Shown piece after piece: positions 49,347 through 60,375 of a DNA stretch of 64,000 nt (position 1 is the stretch's first letter; each line of letters starts with the position of its first letter). The DNA is from Candidatus Woesearchaeota archaeon (GTDB lineage: Archaea > Nanobdellota > Nanobdellia > Woesearchaeales > JABGXB01). Made by a program: the position numbers and the translations under genes. The stretch spans positions 267,821 to 331,820 of the forward strand of contig JABGXB010000003.1 of NCBI GenBank assembly GCA_018675975.1. Direction: 5' to 3'. The notes beneath the pieces are model-generated. The model saw nothing but the letters and a program-made list of their open reading frames with translations. It was not told the DNA's origin and did not search any database.

Positions 49347-52064
49347 ATGAAAAATCTAATTTTATTAATATTGACAGGCCAAAAAAACATAATTAAAGTA
49401 GTGATAATACTAGCATTTTTGATGAGTATAGTGATTTTTTTAAATTACAGTCCATCATTAACAGGAAATTTAGTATATGACTCTAAAGCTTTGTTTAATG
49501 AATTTTTAGATGTTGAAATTTTAATTGGAGATAAAATAAATAAATTAACAGATCATATTGAAATAATTTTTGATGATGATATAGTGTTTAAAGGCAGTGT
49601 TCAAAATTTATTTGATGTTAAAGTAATTGTTGGAAGTAATAATTTATCAAGTTTTGAAGAAATAAAAGATTATACATTTAAAAATAATTTAAAAGGAAAT
49701 ATTTTAATTAAACCAGACTTAATAATTACATTAAATATCACAGGAAACAAAACTACAGCTCTTGATCAAAACAATTTAACTCTAACAAACATTACTTATT
49801 TTTTAAATTATAATGGAAGTCAATTAAATTTAGAGGAAAATGAATTTCAAATCATTGAAAATTATAAAAATCTTAATTCAAATTTAACTATTAATGAATA
49901 TTTAAATCAAACGAATAATACATTAAACGAACAAATATTAAATATAGTAAATCAAAATGAATTTAGTTTATCTAATCAAAGTAATTCTTTTAATATTATA
50001 GTACCAGCATCAATTATACAACAAAAATATAATAATATAATAAATATAAGTGAAAATAGTAATTTAAACAATTTAGTAAATGTAAGTATTGATGAATATG
50101 ATTGGAATATAACAAAATTATCGCATACAATTGAATCTAATAATGATAATATTATTTTAGGTAACTTAAAAATACAAGAAATTTATTTTGATTCAGTAAA
50201 TCCATCAATTGTATTTAATAATAATACAATCAATATAAATGAAAATAAAATTAGTGCAGAGTTTATACTAACTTTAGATGACGTTCAATTAAAATTTGCA
50301 AATTTAAAAAATATTGAAAATACAGTGAATTATTCTAATGATATAATAAGTAATTTATTAGAAAACAATTTGAACTGGTATGAAATTAGTCAAATTAATG
50401 GTGAATTTATTTCAGAGGATACAAATTTAGATTATGAAGTTCAAAAAATAAATGATTTTGATTATATAATTAATGGAACTAAAGACACATTATTTTTTGA
50501 TTTTTCAAATTTAAGTATTAATACAAGAGAATTTGACTATAAAAGTAATTCAGACACATTAGGTAAAAAGAATTTCACATTAAAAGTTACTATTGATAAA
50601 AATACTAAACAATATGATTATACAATTGACTTAGCCACATCATGTCAAGAAAATTGGGTTTGCAAACCAGGAACTTGTTTAGCTGACAATACACAAAAGA
50701 ATAATTGTATTGACGAGAATGGATGCGGTACACAATTTTTAAAACCAGTTGAAACCAAAGCCTGTGTTTATAGTTGTACTCAAAATTGGAATTGTACTGA
50801 ATTTAGTCAATGTAATGAATTAAATTTTCAATTTAGAGTTTGTACTGATAAAAATAATTGTCAAAAATATAATAATACTGCAACTAAACTAATTGAAAAA
50901 GAAAAATTAAGTGAAATTCAAAGTTGTAAAGATAATTGTAATGAAGACTGGAGATGTACATCTTGGTCTTCCTGTTCTAAAGATCAAATATATAGAAGTT
51001 GTACTGATAAAAATACATGTGGAAGTGAAATATTAAAACCCAAAGTCGAAGCAAGTTGTAATGAAATAGTCGATGATCAATATTTAAAAATTTATGAAAA
51101 ATTCTTAGAATCTGAAAATTATGTTAATTTATTAAATCCAAAAAAAAATGAAAAAACAGCAAAAAATACATTGATTGAAAAAAAAGAAGAAAAAAAAGAA
51201 ACGAAAACAGAAAATAGATTAGTTGGTTTTTCAATAAAAGAAGAAGATAATTCAACATCTAGCGGAAAAATTATTATTTTTGTATTAATTGCAATGGGAG
51301 TATTATCATTTACATTTAATGAAAGGGGAAATATAAAACAATTTGTTGGTGAAAGTAATAAAAAAGAATATTTTAAAAATTATTTGAATATTAAAAAACA
51401 AAAAGTTTTACAATTATTTAATAGAAATAATGATGAAAATAATCAAAACAATCAAGAGAATAATCAATTTAATAATTTAAGTTATAATTATTCAAACAAT
51501 ATACAAAGTTCTAATATGGATAATAATGTTAATAATAATGATACAAATAACAATTCAGACAATCAAAATAATTTTAATCAAAATATAAAAATTAATAATT
51601 ATAATCCGAATAATCAATCTCAACAATTAAATTCATACTTAAATTATTATCAAAAATTAGGATATAATGATTATCAAATTAAAAGTTTTTTAATGCAAAA
51701 AGGATACAATTTAAGTCAAATAAATGGTTCATTTAATAGTCAATTAGGTCAAAATAATAATGAGAATAATAATATAAAAAAAGAATTTCATTTTGCAACA
51801 GCCGAGAGTAATAAAAAAACTCATCAAATTACAGTTAATAAAAATATATTTAATAATGCATTAGGGCTATTAAAAAATGATTTTGGAATTGCAAAAGCAC
51901 CAACATCTTTAGTTGCAAAAAGAAATTTTTCATTTACTATATCTCTTATTGAAAAAAATGTAGATGAAAATACTATAATTGAAATATTAAAAAAAAAAGA
52001 CATTAGTGAATCAAATGCATTAGAATTAATTGATAGAGCTAAAGAAAAATTAAATAAATTCTAA
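49347..52064 (+). CDS. large surface protein with three Cys-rich repeats, TM anchor and N/Q-rich tail
   Basis: N-terminal TM or signal segment. Three ~45-aa repeats C-x2-(N/D)W-x-C-...-C-(T/I)D-x-N-x-C lie around 50638-51065. A TM helix (IIIFVLIAMGVLSF) is followed by an N/Q-rich tail. Confidence 0.5.
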   Translation: MKNLILLILTGQKNIIKVVIILAFLMSIVIFLNYSPSLTGNLVYDSKALFNEFLDVEILIGDKINKLTDHIEIIFDDDIVFKGSVQNLFDVKVIVGSNNLSSFEEIKDYTFKNNLKGNILIKPDLIITLNITGNKTTALDQNNLTLTNITYFLNYNGSQLNLEENEFQIIENYKNLNSNLTINEYLNQTNNTLNEQILNIVNQNEFSLSNQSNSFNIIVPASIIQQKYNNIINISENSNLNNLVNVSIDEYDWNITKLSHTIESNNDNIILGNLKIQEIYFDSVNPSIVFNNNTININENKISAEFILTLDDVQLKFANLKNIENTVNYSNDIISNLLENNLNWYEISQINGEFISEDTNLDYEVQKINDFDYIINGTKDTLFFDFSNLSINTREFDYKSNSDTLGKKNFTLKVTIDKNTKQYDYTIDLATSCQENWVCKPGTCLADNTQKNNCIDENGCGTQFLKPVETKACVYSCTQNWNCTEFSQCNELNFQFRVCTDKNNCQKYNNTATKLIEKEKLSEIQSCKDNCNEDWRCTSWSSCSKDQIYRSCTDKNTCGSEILKPKVEASCNEIVDDQYLKIYEKFLESENYVNLLNPKKNEKTAKNTLIEKKEEKKETKTENRLVGFSIKEEDNSTSSGKIIIFVLIAMGVLSFTFNERGNIKQFVGESNKKEYFKNYLNIKKQKVLQLFNRNNDENNQNNQENNQFNNLSYNYSNNIQSSNMDNNVNNNDTNNNSDNQNNFNQNIKINNYNPNNQSQQLNSYLNYYQKLGYNDYQIKSFLMQKGYNLSQINGSFNSQLGQNNNENNNIKKEFHFATAESNKKTHQITVNKNIFNNALGLLKNDFGIAKAPTSLVAKRNFSFTISLIEKNVDENTIIEILKKKDISESNALELIDRAKEKLNKF

Positions 52065-52777
52065 TTCCATATTGCAATCAAACAAACATTTTTATTAAGA
52101 AATATTTTTTTACTATTTTTAAATTGCTTTAAATTATTAACTTCAATTTCAAAATCAAACATTGATAATTTTTTGGAATTTAAAATATATATCAAACCTC
52201 TATATCCTGGATTTGTAACAATAGAATTTTTTAATTGATCATGTAATTCTTCACCTTCATGAATATGTCCAGAAAATGATATTTCAATATTATTATTTGA
52301 TATAAAATTTGAAAAATCTTTATTACCAACATAATTTGTAATTTTAATATCAAGTAATGTACCAAATGGAGGTCCATGTATCATTAATACTTCATATAAT
52401 TTTTTTTTATTTTTTTTTATTTCTAAATTCGCAAATTTTAAAAATTCAGCATCTTTTTGTGCAAACCCACCACCACCATAACCAATAATAAACAAATCTT
52501 TGAATATTACTGATTTTTTATGAATAAAAATTAAATTTTTAAAATCTTTAATATCATTTTTAGCAGTATTTAACATTTCATGATTACCATGAATAATATA
52601 AGTTTTAACACTATAATCATTTAAAATTTTTAATGATTCTTTGCTTCCTTGACCAAACCAAGAATAGTCCCCACAACATAAACAAACTTCAGCACCATAT
52701 TTTTTAATTAATTTCCCTGCCGTTTTCATTGCATCAATTTCTACATGCATATCAGTTATTGCATAAATAATTCTCAT
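52061..52777 (-). CDS. metallophosphoesterase (calcineurin-like)
   Basis: AITDMH...GDYSWFG...GNHE metallophosphatase motifs. Confidence 0.6.
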   Translation of the reverse strand: MRIIYAITDMHVEIDAMKTAGKLIKKYGAEVCLCCGDYSWFGQGSKESLKILNDYSVKTYIIHGNHEMLNTAKNDIKDFKNLIFIHKKSVIFKDLFIIGYGGGGFAQKDAEFLKFANLEIKKNKKKLYEVLMIHGPPFGTLLDIKITNYVGNKDFSNFISNNNIEISFSGHIHEGEELHDQLKNSIVTNPGYRGLIYILNSKKLSMFDFEIEVNNLKQFKNSKKIFLNKNVCLIAIWN

Positions 52778-52795
52778 ATCACTATTATAATAAAA

Positions 52796-53125
52796 TTATT
52801 TATAAGGTTTATCCGAATAATAAGAAAAATCATTATTCGTACTATTTTTACTTTTCACATTTGAATAATGATCCAATATTTCATTTAATGATTTATTTAA
52901 ATCACTATTATTACTTTCTTGATTTAATTTTTTAGATTCAATTAAATCATTAATACTAATATCATTTTTTTTATATTCTATAATTTCTTTTATTGAGTAA
53001 ACAATAGTTTTTTCTACTAGTTTATATATAAAATCCTCAATTAAATAATTAAAAGTTAGATGAGTAAAAATAGATGCTGATATTAAACCAGTAACTATTT
53101 TTACCTTTTTACCATTTAACTTCAT
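52796..53125 (-). CDS. hypothetical protein
   Basis: 109 aa, N-terminal hydrophobic segment. Confidence 0.3.
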   Translation of the reverse strand: MKLNGKKVKIVTGLISASIFTHLTFNYLIEDFIYKLVEKTIVYSIKEIIEYKKNDISINDLIESKKLNQESNNSDLNKSLNEILDHYSNVKSKNSTNNDFSYYSDKPYK

Positions 53126-53600
53126 TTTCTATCAATAATCCAGATATTAAATCAGGATTTGAAAAAAAATCTTCCTTTTTTATATCACCCATTAAATAAA
53201 ATACTTCTTTTTTTTTTATTTTTGTATTTAATTCTAATTTTTCTATAAAATCCTCTAATGCATTCATATCCTTACAAATAATTTCTAATGTAACATCATA
53301 TCCATTATTTATTCTAGATAAAGAATTTACAAAAATGCTTTTAGTCAAATAATTCAAACCTTCATTTTTATTTTCAGGCTTAAATTTAATTAATAGCATT
53401 GCCTTAATATTAAAGCCTATATAAGAGAAATCTACTATACAGGTATGTTTTAGTATAAATTTACTAAAATTATTACGTAAAGACTCAAAAATGGTTGATA
53501 CAGGCACATGAGTCTTCCTAGATAGATTAGTTAATTTCTCTCTATTGTTTTTCCTCAATAAAGCTAATAGTTTTAGTTTTTTTTGATCCATTGTTATCAC
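53109..53600 (-). CDS. Lrp/AsnC-like transcriptional regulator
   Basis: N-terminal HTH KKLKLLALLRKNNREKLTNLSRKTHVPVSTIFESLRN, then a small RAM-like domain. Confidence 0.4.
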   Translation of the reverse strand: MITMDQKKLKLLALLRKNNREKLTNLSRKTHVPVSTIFESLRNNFSKFILKHTCIVDFSYIGFNIKAMLLIKFKPENKNEGLNYLTKSIFVNSLSRINNGYDVTLEIICKDMNALEDFIEKLELNTKIKKKEVFYLMGDIKKEDFFSNPDLISGLLIENEVKW

Positions 53601-53706
53601 AATATCCCTTAAGCAATACTTTGCTATATATTTAGGTAAATAAAGAATTCTTATAATAATTTAATCAGCTGAATTTATTTTCAGCAAAATATTTAAACTA
53701 GATTTA

Positions 53707-54375
53707 TTGACTAAAATTATGTTAGAAGAATTTAATGATCAAATACCGTTTTATAATTATTTAGATATAATAAAAGAATATTATGATAATGATTTTGAAA
53801 AAGAATTTGTAAATAAAAAATCTAAAGAATTAAATAAATTATATGGAACTAAAAAAATTGAATTACCTTTAAATTTAATTAAGCAAAATAAACTTTATAT
53901 TTTTCAAAATAGTAATTTAGAATTAATATTTTTAGAATTATTAAAAAATCATTTAAACAAAGTAAAAATTGTAGTTGAAATTAATAAACAAGAAATTGCA
54001 TATTTACAAGGATTTTTATCTAATTATTCTATTGAAAAAATATGTAAAATATTATCATTTGGAGATGAACTACAATATTCAAGAGTATTAGATTTAGCAA
54101 AATATGGACATTTCCCTCAAATTAATTTAGTTATTGATTTAGATTATTCAAAAGTAGTAGATTTTTTTAAAATAATAAATTTACTATATTTATTAGGTGC
54201 AAATACATCTTTTGGTTTTTACGAGGATAAAAAGAAAATTGCTATTATAGACTACTCTTATACATTAATATTTAATACAGATTTTTTTAATAAAAATATT
54301 TTAAATAAAGTAATTAATAATATAAAAAATAAAATACCAAAATTTCCAATAAATTTATTTGGACATGAAGAATAA
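53707..54375 (+). CDS. hypothetical protein
   Basis: 222 aa, no motif. Overlaps the next ORF. Confidence 0.3.
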   Translation: MTKIMLEEFNDQIPFYNYLDIIKEYYDNDFEKEFVNKKSKELNKLYGTKKIELPLNLIKQNKLYIFQNSNLELIFLELLKNHLNKVKIVVEINKQEIAYLQGFLSNYSIEKICKILSFGDELQYSRVLDLAKYGHFPQINLVIDLDYSKVVDFFKIINLLYLLGANTSFGFYEDKKKIAIIDYSYTLIFNTDFFNKNILNKVINNIKNKIPKFPINLFGHEE

Positions 54376-55006
54376 AATGAAAATCCATATTGGAAGTAAT
54401 AATAATAATTTAGCAAAAGATTTTATTGAAATAGATTCAACATTTGAAAGATTAAGCCCAATTAATTATTATAAAAAAATAATAAATTCCAATCCTAATA
54501 AAAAATTTATAATAAAAGCAAATAAAGAAATAACACATTTTAATTTTATAAAAAATTTATCATTTGTAGATTCTCAAGAAGAAATCATATTAGATAAAAA
54601 AGGACCAAGTTCAATATTATTACATAAATTTAAACAAATATGTGATTTATTTAATGACAAATTATTATTTATATTATTTAAATTCCCTTATGGTTTTAAA
54701 AACACATTTCAAAATAGAGAGTTTTTATTTAAATTAAATAAAATATTCAATACACCAATAGCATTTGAATTTGAAAATAAAGAATTTGAAAATTATTATA
54801 ATGAATTTAATCAACTCAATATAATAATAGTAAATAAAAATTCAAACATTTGTGGAAATTTTATTCAAAATTTAGATATCCATAATATGAATTATAAAAC
54901 TAATTTAAATAATCTATATTTGATGATAAATAGTCAAGAAGAATTAAATATTGCCACAAAAATAATTGAAAAATACAAAAATCAAAGCACTATTAGCAAT
55001 TTTTGA
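54359..55006 (+). CDS. hypothetical protein (faint DUF72-like pattern)
   Basis: KIHIGSNNNN...YYKKII...KANKEITHF resembles the DUF72 N-terminus. Weak. Confidence 0.3.
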   Translation: MDMKNKMKIHIGSNNNNLAKDFIEIDSTFERLSPINYYKKIINSNPNKKFIIKANKEITHFNFIKNLSFVDSQEEIILDKKGPSSILLHKFKQICDLFNDKLLFILFKFPYGFKNTFQNREFLFKLNKIFNTPIAFEFENKEFENYYNEFNQLNIIIVNKNSNICGNFIQNLDIHNMNYKTNLNNLYLMINSQEELNIATKIIEKYKNQSTISNF

Positions 55007-55064
55007 TTTAAAAAAATAAAAATAATCAAAACACTTAAAAACCACATAATTTTTTGTCAATTAA

Positions 55065-55137
55065 AGTCCCGTAGTGTAGTGGCCTATCATCGTGCCCTTT
55101 GGAGGCGCGGACCCCGGTTCAAATCCGGGCGGGACTA
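55065..55137 (+). tRNA. tRNA-Gln (TTG)
   Basis: Acceptor AGTCCCG/CGGGACT with discriminator A; anticodon stem GTGCC/GGCGC, loop CTTTGGA; T-arm CCCGG-TTCAAAT-CCGGG. Confidence 0.8.
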
Positions 55138-55263
55138 CTTTTTATTCTCAAATAATTTTCCAGAAACATATTGGAAATACTTATAAATAAAAAATTATTT
55201 CAAATAGTGATATCACCACTAAATGGGTACGATATGATGGAAACAATAAACTTGAATTAAAAA

Positions 55264-56763
55264 ATGAATAAATTATACTCAGCAATATTTGCAGTGTCCA
55301 GATCTACAAATTTGGATACTATTTTAGATTCTACTAGAAGATGGATTGCAAACAGTCCACACAATAATATTACAATTGATAGATTAAAAGATTTAGGAAG
55401 AGACGACTTTTTTGTAGAAGATGAAATAGATGATAGAACAATAACTATAACATCACAAAATATTATGAGCGATCAAGAATATTACACTTCATCCAAGCAA
55501 AGAGTTGCAAATAGTGTTGGTACATATACATCAGAATTAACACTTAAAGAATCTTATGGATTAGACACTATTGTTTCTTTACAAATTTATTTTGAAGGAA
55601 ATGTTATAAAACCATTTTTCAAACCAAGTCTATTGCCTTATTTTATCCTTAAGGATTCAAAAAAAGCATTTGATGGTAAAATTCTTAATATTCAAGGTGA
55701 ATATCATTTGTCTAAAAAAGGAAGTGAAAAATTTTTAGCCGAAGTATTAAATAATGAAAGTGAAAATAAATTGCCAGTGATATATGTTAGTAAAAATGAT
55801 CAAAATGAATGGGAACTAAATCCAACTTATTTAGCAAAAACTTTATCTGGTTTAGCACATGTAATTTGTGAAGATGATAAAGACTCAAAATTTATTTTAA
55901 AAGAATTATGTGATGGAAATAATTGTTATGATGGTGCTGTTGGAGTTTATAATCCAAACGGTATGCGTTTATTTTTTTTAAAAGATAATGATTACAGTCA
56001 CATTCTTGGAGACGTAACAAAAGAATTAAATTTTGAAGATAAAATTATTCACTATATTAATTCATTATCCAAATATAAAACAACACCAACTAATTTAACA
56101 TATTCAGCAGTTAATAGAATACAACAAGCAGAAAGAATAAATTTTTTAAAAAATGAACTCGCCAATAGAAAAGGTAATGAAAAAAATGAAAATATATTTG
56201 AAGAATTGTGTGTTTTATTAGAAAAAGATAAAGAAGTTTTAATCAGAGATAATGATGCAACATTAGATGAACTTCAAGAAAGATTAGATGAATGTCAATC
56301 TTTAAGATCTAAAATTGAATTTCTATCACAACAACAAAATCAAAATGGAACTCCATCTGAATTTTTTGGTAATATGAGTGATATTCAAAGACTTCACCCT
56401 GAAGAATTTAATGACTATATAATTAGTTTAGTAAAAAAAGATTATGAAAGTATTAAAACTCAAGATGACACAAGAAAAATACAATTTACTAAAAGATTTT
56501 TAGAAGAAAACCCAAGATCTGGTAATACCCCATTAGAAGAAATAAGAAAAAGTTTATCTCAAATTAATGGTAAAACTATTGCTAAAAGTGATTTAAATTT
56601 TTTAAATCAATTTGGATTTATTGTTGGTCAAGGATCAAATCATTATAAAATAACCATCCCAGGTTATAGTGGTTTTTGGACAATGCCAAGTACTCCAAGT
56701 GATAAAAGATCATTAAAAAATAATTTATCTGGTTTTATTAATAAATTCTTTTTATCTAAATAA
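55264..56763 (+). CDS. hypothetical protein
   Basis: 499 aa, no recognisable domain. Lies directly downstream of tRNA-Gln. Confidence 0.35.
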   Translation: MNKLYSAIFAVSRSTNLDTILDSTRRWIANSPHNNITIDRLKDLGRDDFFVEDEIDDRTITITSQNIMSDQEYYTSSKQRVANSVGTYTSELTLKESYGLDTIVSLQIYFEGNVIKPFFKPSLLPYFILKDSKKAFDGKILNIQGEYHLSKKGSEKFLAEVLNNESENKLPVIYVSKNDQNEWELNPTYLAKTLSGLAHVICEDDKDSKFILKELCDGNNCYDGAVGVYNPNGMRLFFLKDNDYSHILGDVTKELNFEDKIIHYINSLSKYKTTPTNLTYSAVNRIQQAERINFLKNELANRKGNEKNENIFEELCVLLEKDKEVLIRDNDATLDELQERLDECQSLRSKIEFLSQQQNQNGTPSEFFGNMSDIQRLHPEEFNDYIISLVKKDYESIKTQDDTRKIQFTKRFLEENPRSGNTPLEEIRKSLSQINGKTIAKSDLNFLNQFGFIVGQGSNHYKITIPGYSGFWTMPSTPSDKRSLKNNLSGFINKFFLSK

Positions 56764-56783
56764 ACAAAAAAATAAATAAAAAA

Positions 56784-57479
56784 TTAATCATTGTTTTTTA
56801 TAATTTCAAAATCTCTCAAATTCTTATCATAAAAAATTGAAGATCCTTTAGCAAGTGCATGATAAGGAAAACTACACCCTCCTAAAAATGAAACCTCTAA
56901 ATCTCCTTCAGTTCCTTTTTCCATTATTTCGTTTAAACCAGAATTATTGCAAACACCAGTAAAAACAGGATTAACATCTTTACGCATATTTGATCTATAA
57001 GTATTTAATATTTCAATTGCAGCAGTACTTTTTTTAACACTTTTTGCTAAACTAAATAATAATTGACCACCTTCTGTAGAAACTAAATAAATATCACCCG
57101 GAGTGGATCTATATTTTAATGATCCTAATACAAAATGTTCATTTAAAATAGCAGAAGAATCCAAACCTGGAAAATTCATCATAAAAGAATCAATTTCTTG
57201 TTCTCCTAACAAGTCATCAAAATCTTTAACATTTTTAGTCTTCCCAACTAAAGAGTAAGAATTCAATCCATTATGTGAACTTAATAATTGTAAATTATTT
57301 CTTTCTAAAGTTTCATCAGTAATTCCTTTTATTACTAAATCTTTAGCTATTCTTGCACAAGGAGTTATGTATTTTTCAACACTTCCATCTAGTTTTGGCA
57401 CCATAACCAAGGAATCAACCATCATTCCTACTGTCTCATCCTCAAACCTATGACTATATAATATTAAATCTCTTTTCAT
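56784..57479 (-). CDS. hypothetical protein
   Basis: 231 aa, no motif. Confidence 0.35.
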   Translation of the reverse strand: MKRDLILYSHRFEDETVGMMVDSLVMVPKLDGSVEKYITPCARIAKDLVIKGITDETLERNNLQLLSSHNGLNSYSLVGKTKNVKDFDDLLGEQEIDSFMMNFPGLDSSAILNEHFVLGSLKYRSTPGDIYLVSTEGGQLLFSLAKSVKKSTAAIEILNTYRSNMRKDVNPVFTGVCNNSGLNEIMEKGTEGDLEVSFLGGCSFPYHALAKGSSIFYDKNLRDFEIIKNND

Positions 57480-57618
57480 TGTAAAAAAAATAAAGATATC
57501 TCATTGATAAAATAAATCGATTTTTTAATATAAATTAATTCAAAAATACCAATTAAAACTATAGTTTACAAAATATATTCATTTATAAAACAAAAAAATC
57601 ACTAAAAAGTGGTTACAA

Positions 57619-59049
57619 ATGATAAAAACTAATATTGGAATAAGCACATTTAATGATATGGATATTAGTCTTGAATCTAAAGAAACAAGAGAAAATAGTA
57701 ATTTAGAAGCAACCTTAGAACAAGTAGAAGTTAATGAACTTGATTCTCAAAAAGAAATTGAAGAATATAAACAAGAAATTACTAATTTTTTACCACAATT
57801 ATATGAAATTTTATTTGAAAATGGTAGAATTAAAGATAGTATGAAATCATTTAATGAAATAGAATTAAGTGATTTAGAAAATGAATTAAATTCACGTGAA
57901 ATTGATCCACAAAAAGAATCAAGAAGATCATTGACATTGAAACAATTAGTTAATTACACTAGGTCAAATTTAAAAGTTGATTATAAAGATGAATATAATC
58001 AAAAAAATGTTATTATTATTGACTATTTCGGAACTAAAATTGCATTAGATGATTCATTTTTAAAAATATTTCAAAAAAATAAAAGCAAATTAAAAATTAA
58101 AGATCTTAATCAAAAGAATATAGAAGACTTAAAAAAACAAATTAGTGAAATAGAAAAAAAATATGAACATCTTAAACCAGAAAGTAAAAAAAAAGAAAGT
58201 AAAATAAATTTTAAAAAATTGGCAACTATTGCAGCTACAACAGCAACAATATGTATGGGATCATATTTAACATTATATGGAATAATACATTATAATAGTA
58301 TAAATGAAGAACAAAGAATTATTAGTCAAAATGAATTATTCTTAAGCCCACGTAAAAACTTTCAAAGAAGTATAAAAAATAAAAAAACTAAAATTGATAA
58401 TTTTTTATTATATGAAACTACCGATTTTGGACAATTATCAAATTCTAAATTGCGTGAGTTAGATAATATAGATTTTAATCAAATGTTTTCAATTGATAAA
58501 AATAAATATCAAAATATACCTGAAAGATTATTAGAAAAAAAAATCAAAGAATTTTCACAATATGAAAATGAATTTGTTTTAGCTATAAAAAATATTTGTA
58601 AAAAAATTGCAAAGTCTATTGATGAATTTAATAATCAATATAAAAATAATACATTTAAAATAGAAAAACAATTAGCTCAAAAAATATCAGAAGATGTTAA
58701 ACAAAATAATAGATCATTACCAAGTATAATGTACACATTTTTAACAGAAAAAAATGTTTCTTTGTATATTAAAAATAGAGTTAAGAACAAAAATTCCGAA
58801 ATATTAAATTATAAAAGAGTAACCAACCCAAATAAATTACAAATTAATTATCTAATGGAAATGACTTTAAATTCTTATTTTACTAATGGAATTGAAACTG
58901 CAATAAAAACACAACTTGGAGTGGATTCATATTTGGATTATTTAGATAGTAAAAATCAAGATGAAATAAAATTAAAGGCACCAAAAACATTAACTCATTT
59001 AATTCAAAAAATAAATCAATTTATAATACATAAAAACAAAAATTTTTAA
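57619..59049 (+). CDS. hypothetical coiled-coil protein with a central TM helix
   Basis: TM helix LATIAATTATICMGSYLTLYGII within charged coiled-coil-like sequence. Confidence 0.35.
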   Translation: MIKTNIGISTFNDMDISLESKETRENSNLEATLEQVEVNELDSQKEIEEYKQEITNFLPQLYEILFENGRIKDSMKSFNEIELSDLENELNSREIDPQKESRRSLTLKQLVNYTRSNLKVDYKDEYNQKNVIIIDYFGTKIALDDSFLKIFQKNKSKLKIKDLNQKNIEDLKKQISEIEKKYEHLKPESKKKESKINFKKLATIAATTATICMGSYLTLYGIIHYNSINEEQRIISQNELFLSPRKNFQRSIKNKKTKIDNFLLYETTDFGQLSNSKLRELDNIDFNQMFSIDKNKYQNIPERLLEKKIKEFSQYENEFVLAIKNICKKIAKSIDEFNNQYKNNTFKIEKQLAQKISEDVKQNNRSLPSIMYTFLTEKNVSLYIKNRVKNKNSEILNYKRVTNPNKLQINYLMEMTLNSYFTNGIETAIKTQLGVDSYLDYLDSKNQDEIKLKAPKTLTHLIQKINQFIIHKNKNF

Positions 59050-59071
59050 AAAAACTTAATTTTAAAATAAT

Positions 59072-60133
59072 ATGAAAATTTGTCCAAAATGTCAAAAAAA
59101 TGAAACAAATAATAAATTTTGTAATTTTTGTTATTCGAATCTATTAAATATAATATTAAAAGAAAAATATGATTTAGAAAAATGTAATGATTGTAAATCT
59201 ATTTTTATTACAAATAAACAATATAAACAAATAAATGAAAAAACTTTTATTGAATTATTATTGGGCCAAATTAGATTTAATAATCAATATAATTTAGATG
59301 TTGAAAATGTAGATGCGGCATATTATAATTATGATAGAAAAGATATTGAATTTGAAATAGAAAATATAAAATTTGTAATCTTAGATATTGATTTAATCAT
59401 AGACATAAAAGAATTTGAAAATATAGAACAAAAAATTAATTTGAAAAAGAAAATTGAATATAAAATAGTTAATAATAAATGTAAAGAATGTCAGAAATTT
59501 GATTCAGAATATTTTGAAGGAATATTACAAGTTAGATTTGATAAAAAAGAATTTAATAATGATTATCAAAATATTAAAGAAAAAATTAAAGAAATTATAA
59601 TTGACTATAGAGCTCAAATTAATAAAATGGTGGAATTAGAAAATGGAATCGATTTTTATGTCCTTAATAAAAAATTATTGCCAAATATGGGTAATTTAAT
59701 ATTAAATAAAATTGTTGGTGAAGAAAAAATTTCAGCAACTTTGTTTTCAAGAAATAATCAAACAAGTAAAGATATATATAGATTAAAATATTTGACAAAA
59801 TTAAAAAATTTATTTTTATTTGATTATATTGAATATAATGGTGAAGTTTATCAAATAATTAAAATTAAGAAAAAGAATTTAATTGCAAAAAATATTATTA
59901 ATAATCAAAATACAAATTTATATAATAATATAGCAGATATAAATAAAATAAATGAATTTTTAGAAGCAGAAGTAATTAGAATACAACCTAATATTCAAAT
60001 ACTCGATCCAATAGATTTTTCTGTTAAAAATATTATTAATGAATCTGAACAAATAAAACAAAAATTAAATTATGATAGTAAAGTAAATATCATTAGATTA
60101 GAAGATAAAATATATATAGTTGACCAAAATTAA
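59072..60133 (+). CDS. NMD3-like zinc-ribbon protein
   Basis: Four CxxC pairs (CPKC, CNFC, CNDC, CKEC) in the Nmd3-like arrangement; about 350 aa, as in archaeal Nmd3 homologues. Confidence 0.4.
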   Translation: MKICPKCQKNETNNKFCNFCYSNLLNIILKEKYDLEKCNDCKSIFITNKQYKQINEKTFIELLLGQIRFNNQYNLDVENVDAAYYNYDRKDIEFEIENIKFVILDIDLIIDIKEFENIEQKINLKKKIEYKIVNNKCKECQKFDSEYFEGILQVRFDKKEFNNDYQNIKEKIKEIIIDYRAQINKMVELENGIDFYVLNKKLLPNMGNLILNKIVGEEKISATLFSRNNQTSKDIYRLKYLTKLKNLFLFDYIEYNGEVYQIIKIKKKNLIAKNIINNQNTNLYNNIADINKINEFLEAEVIRIQPNIQILDPIDFSVKNIINESEQIKQKLNYDSKVNIIRLEDKIYIVDQN

Positions 60134-60375
60134 CCAAAGTCAAAAGAGATAATTTTACAATCAATAGGAATTATATATATTGAATTGGAACAAAGTTTTA
60201 TATACATATTTAAAAAAATAAAAATATGGAAAAATATGGTATTTTTTATGATCAAATTAAAATTGATAGAATAAAAAATATGAAACAAGAAGAAAATCAT
60301 AATTTTAAAATTCCATTAAGTAAATATTTTATTTATATTTTAATATATATTATCCTAATAATATTAATAAATATT

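Noticed and set aside
55140-55263. C/D-box sRNA downstream of tRNA-Gln
   Set aside because: It contains a GTGATATCAC palindrome and a tgatgg, but no proper C (RUGAUGA) and D (CUGA) box pair with terminal complementarity.
56784-57479. Archaeal IMP cyclohydrolase (PurO) call for the 231-aa ORF
   Set aside because: The size is compatible, but I could not align any conserved PurO block. It is left as hypothetical.
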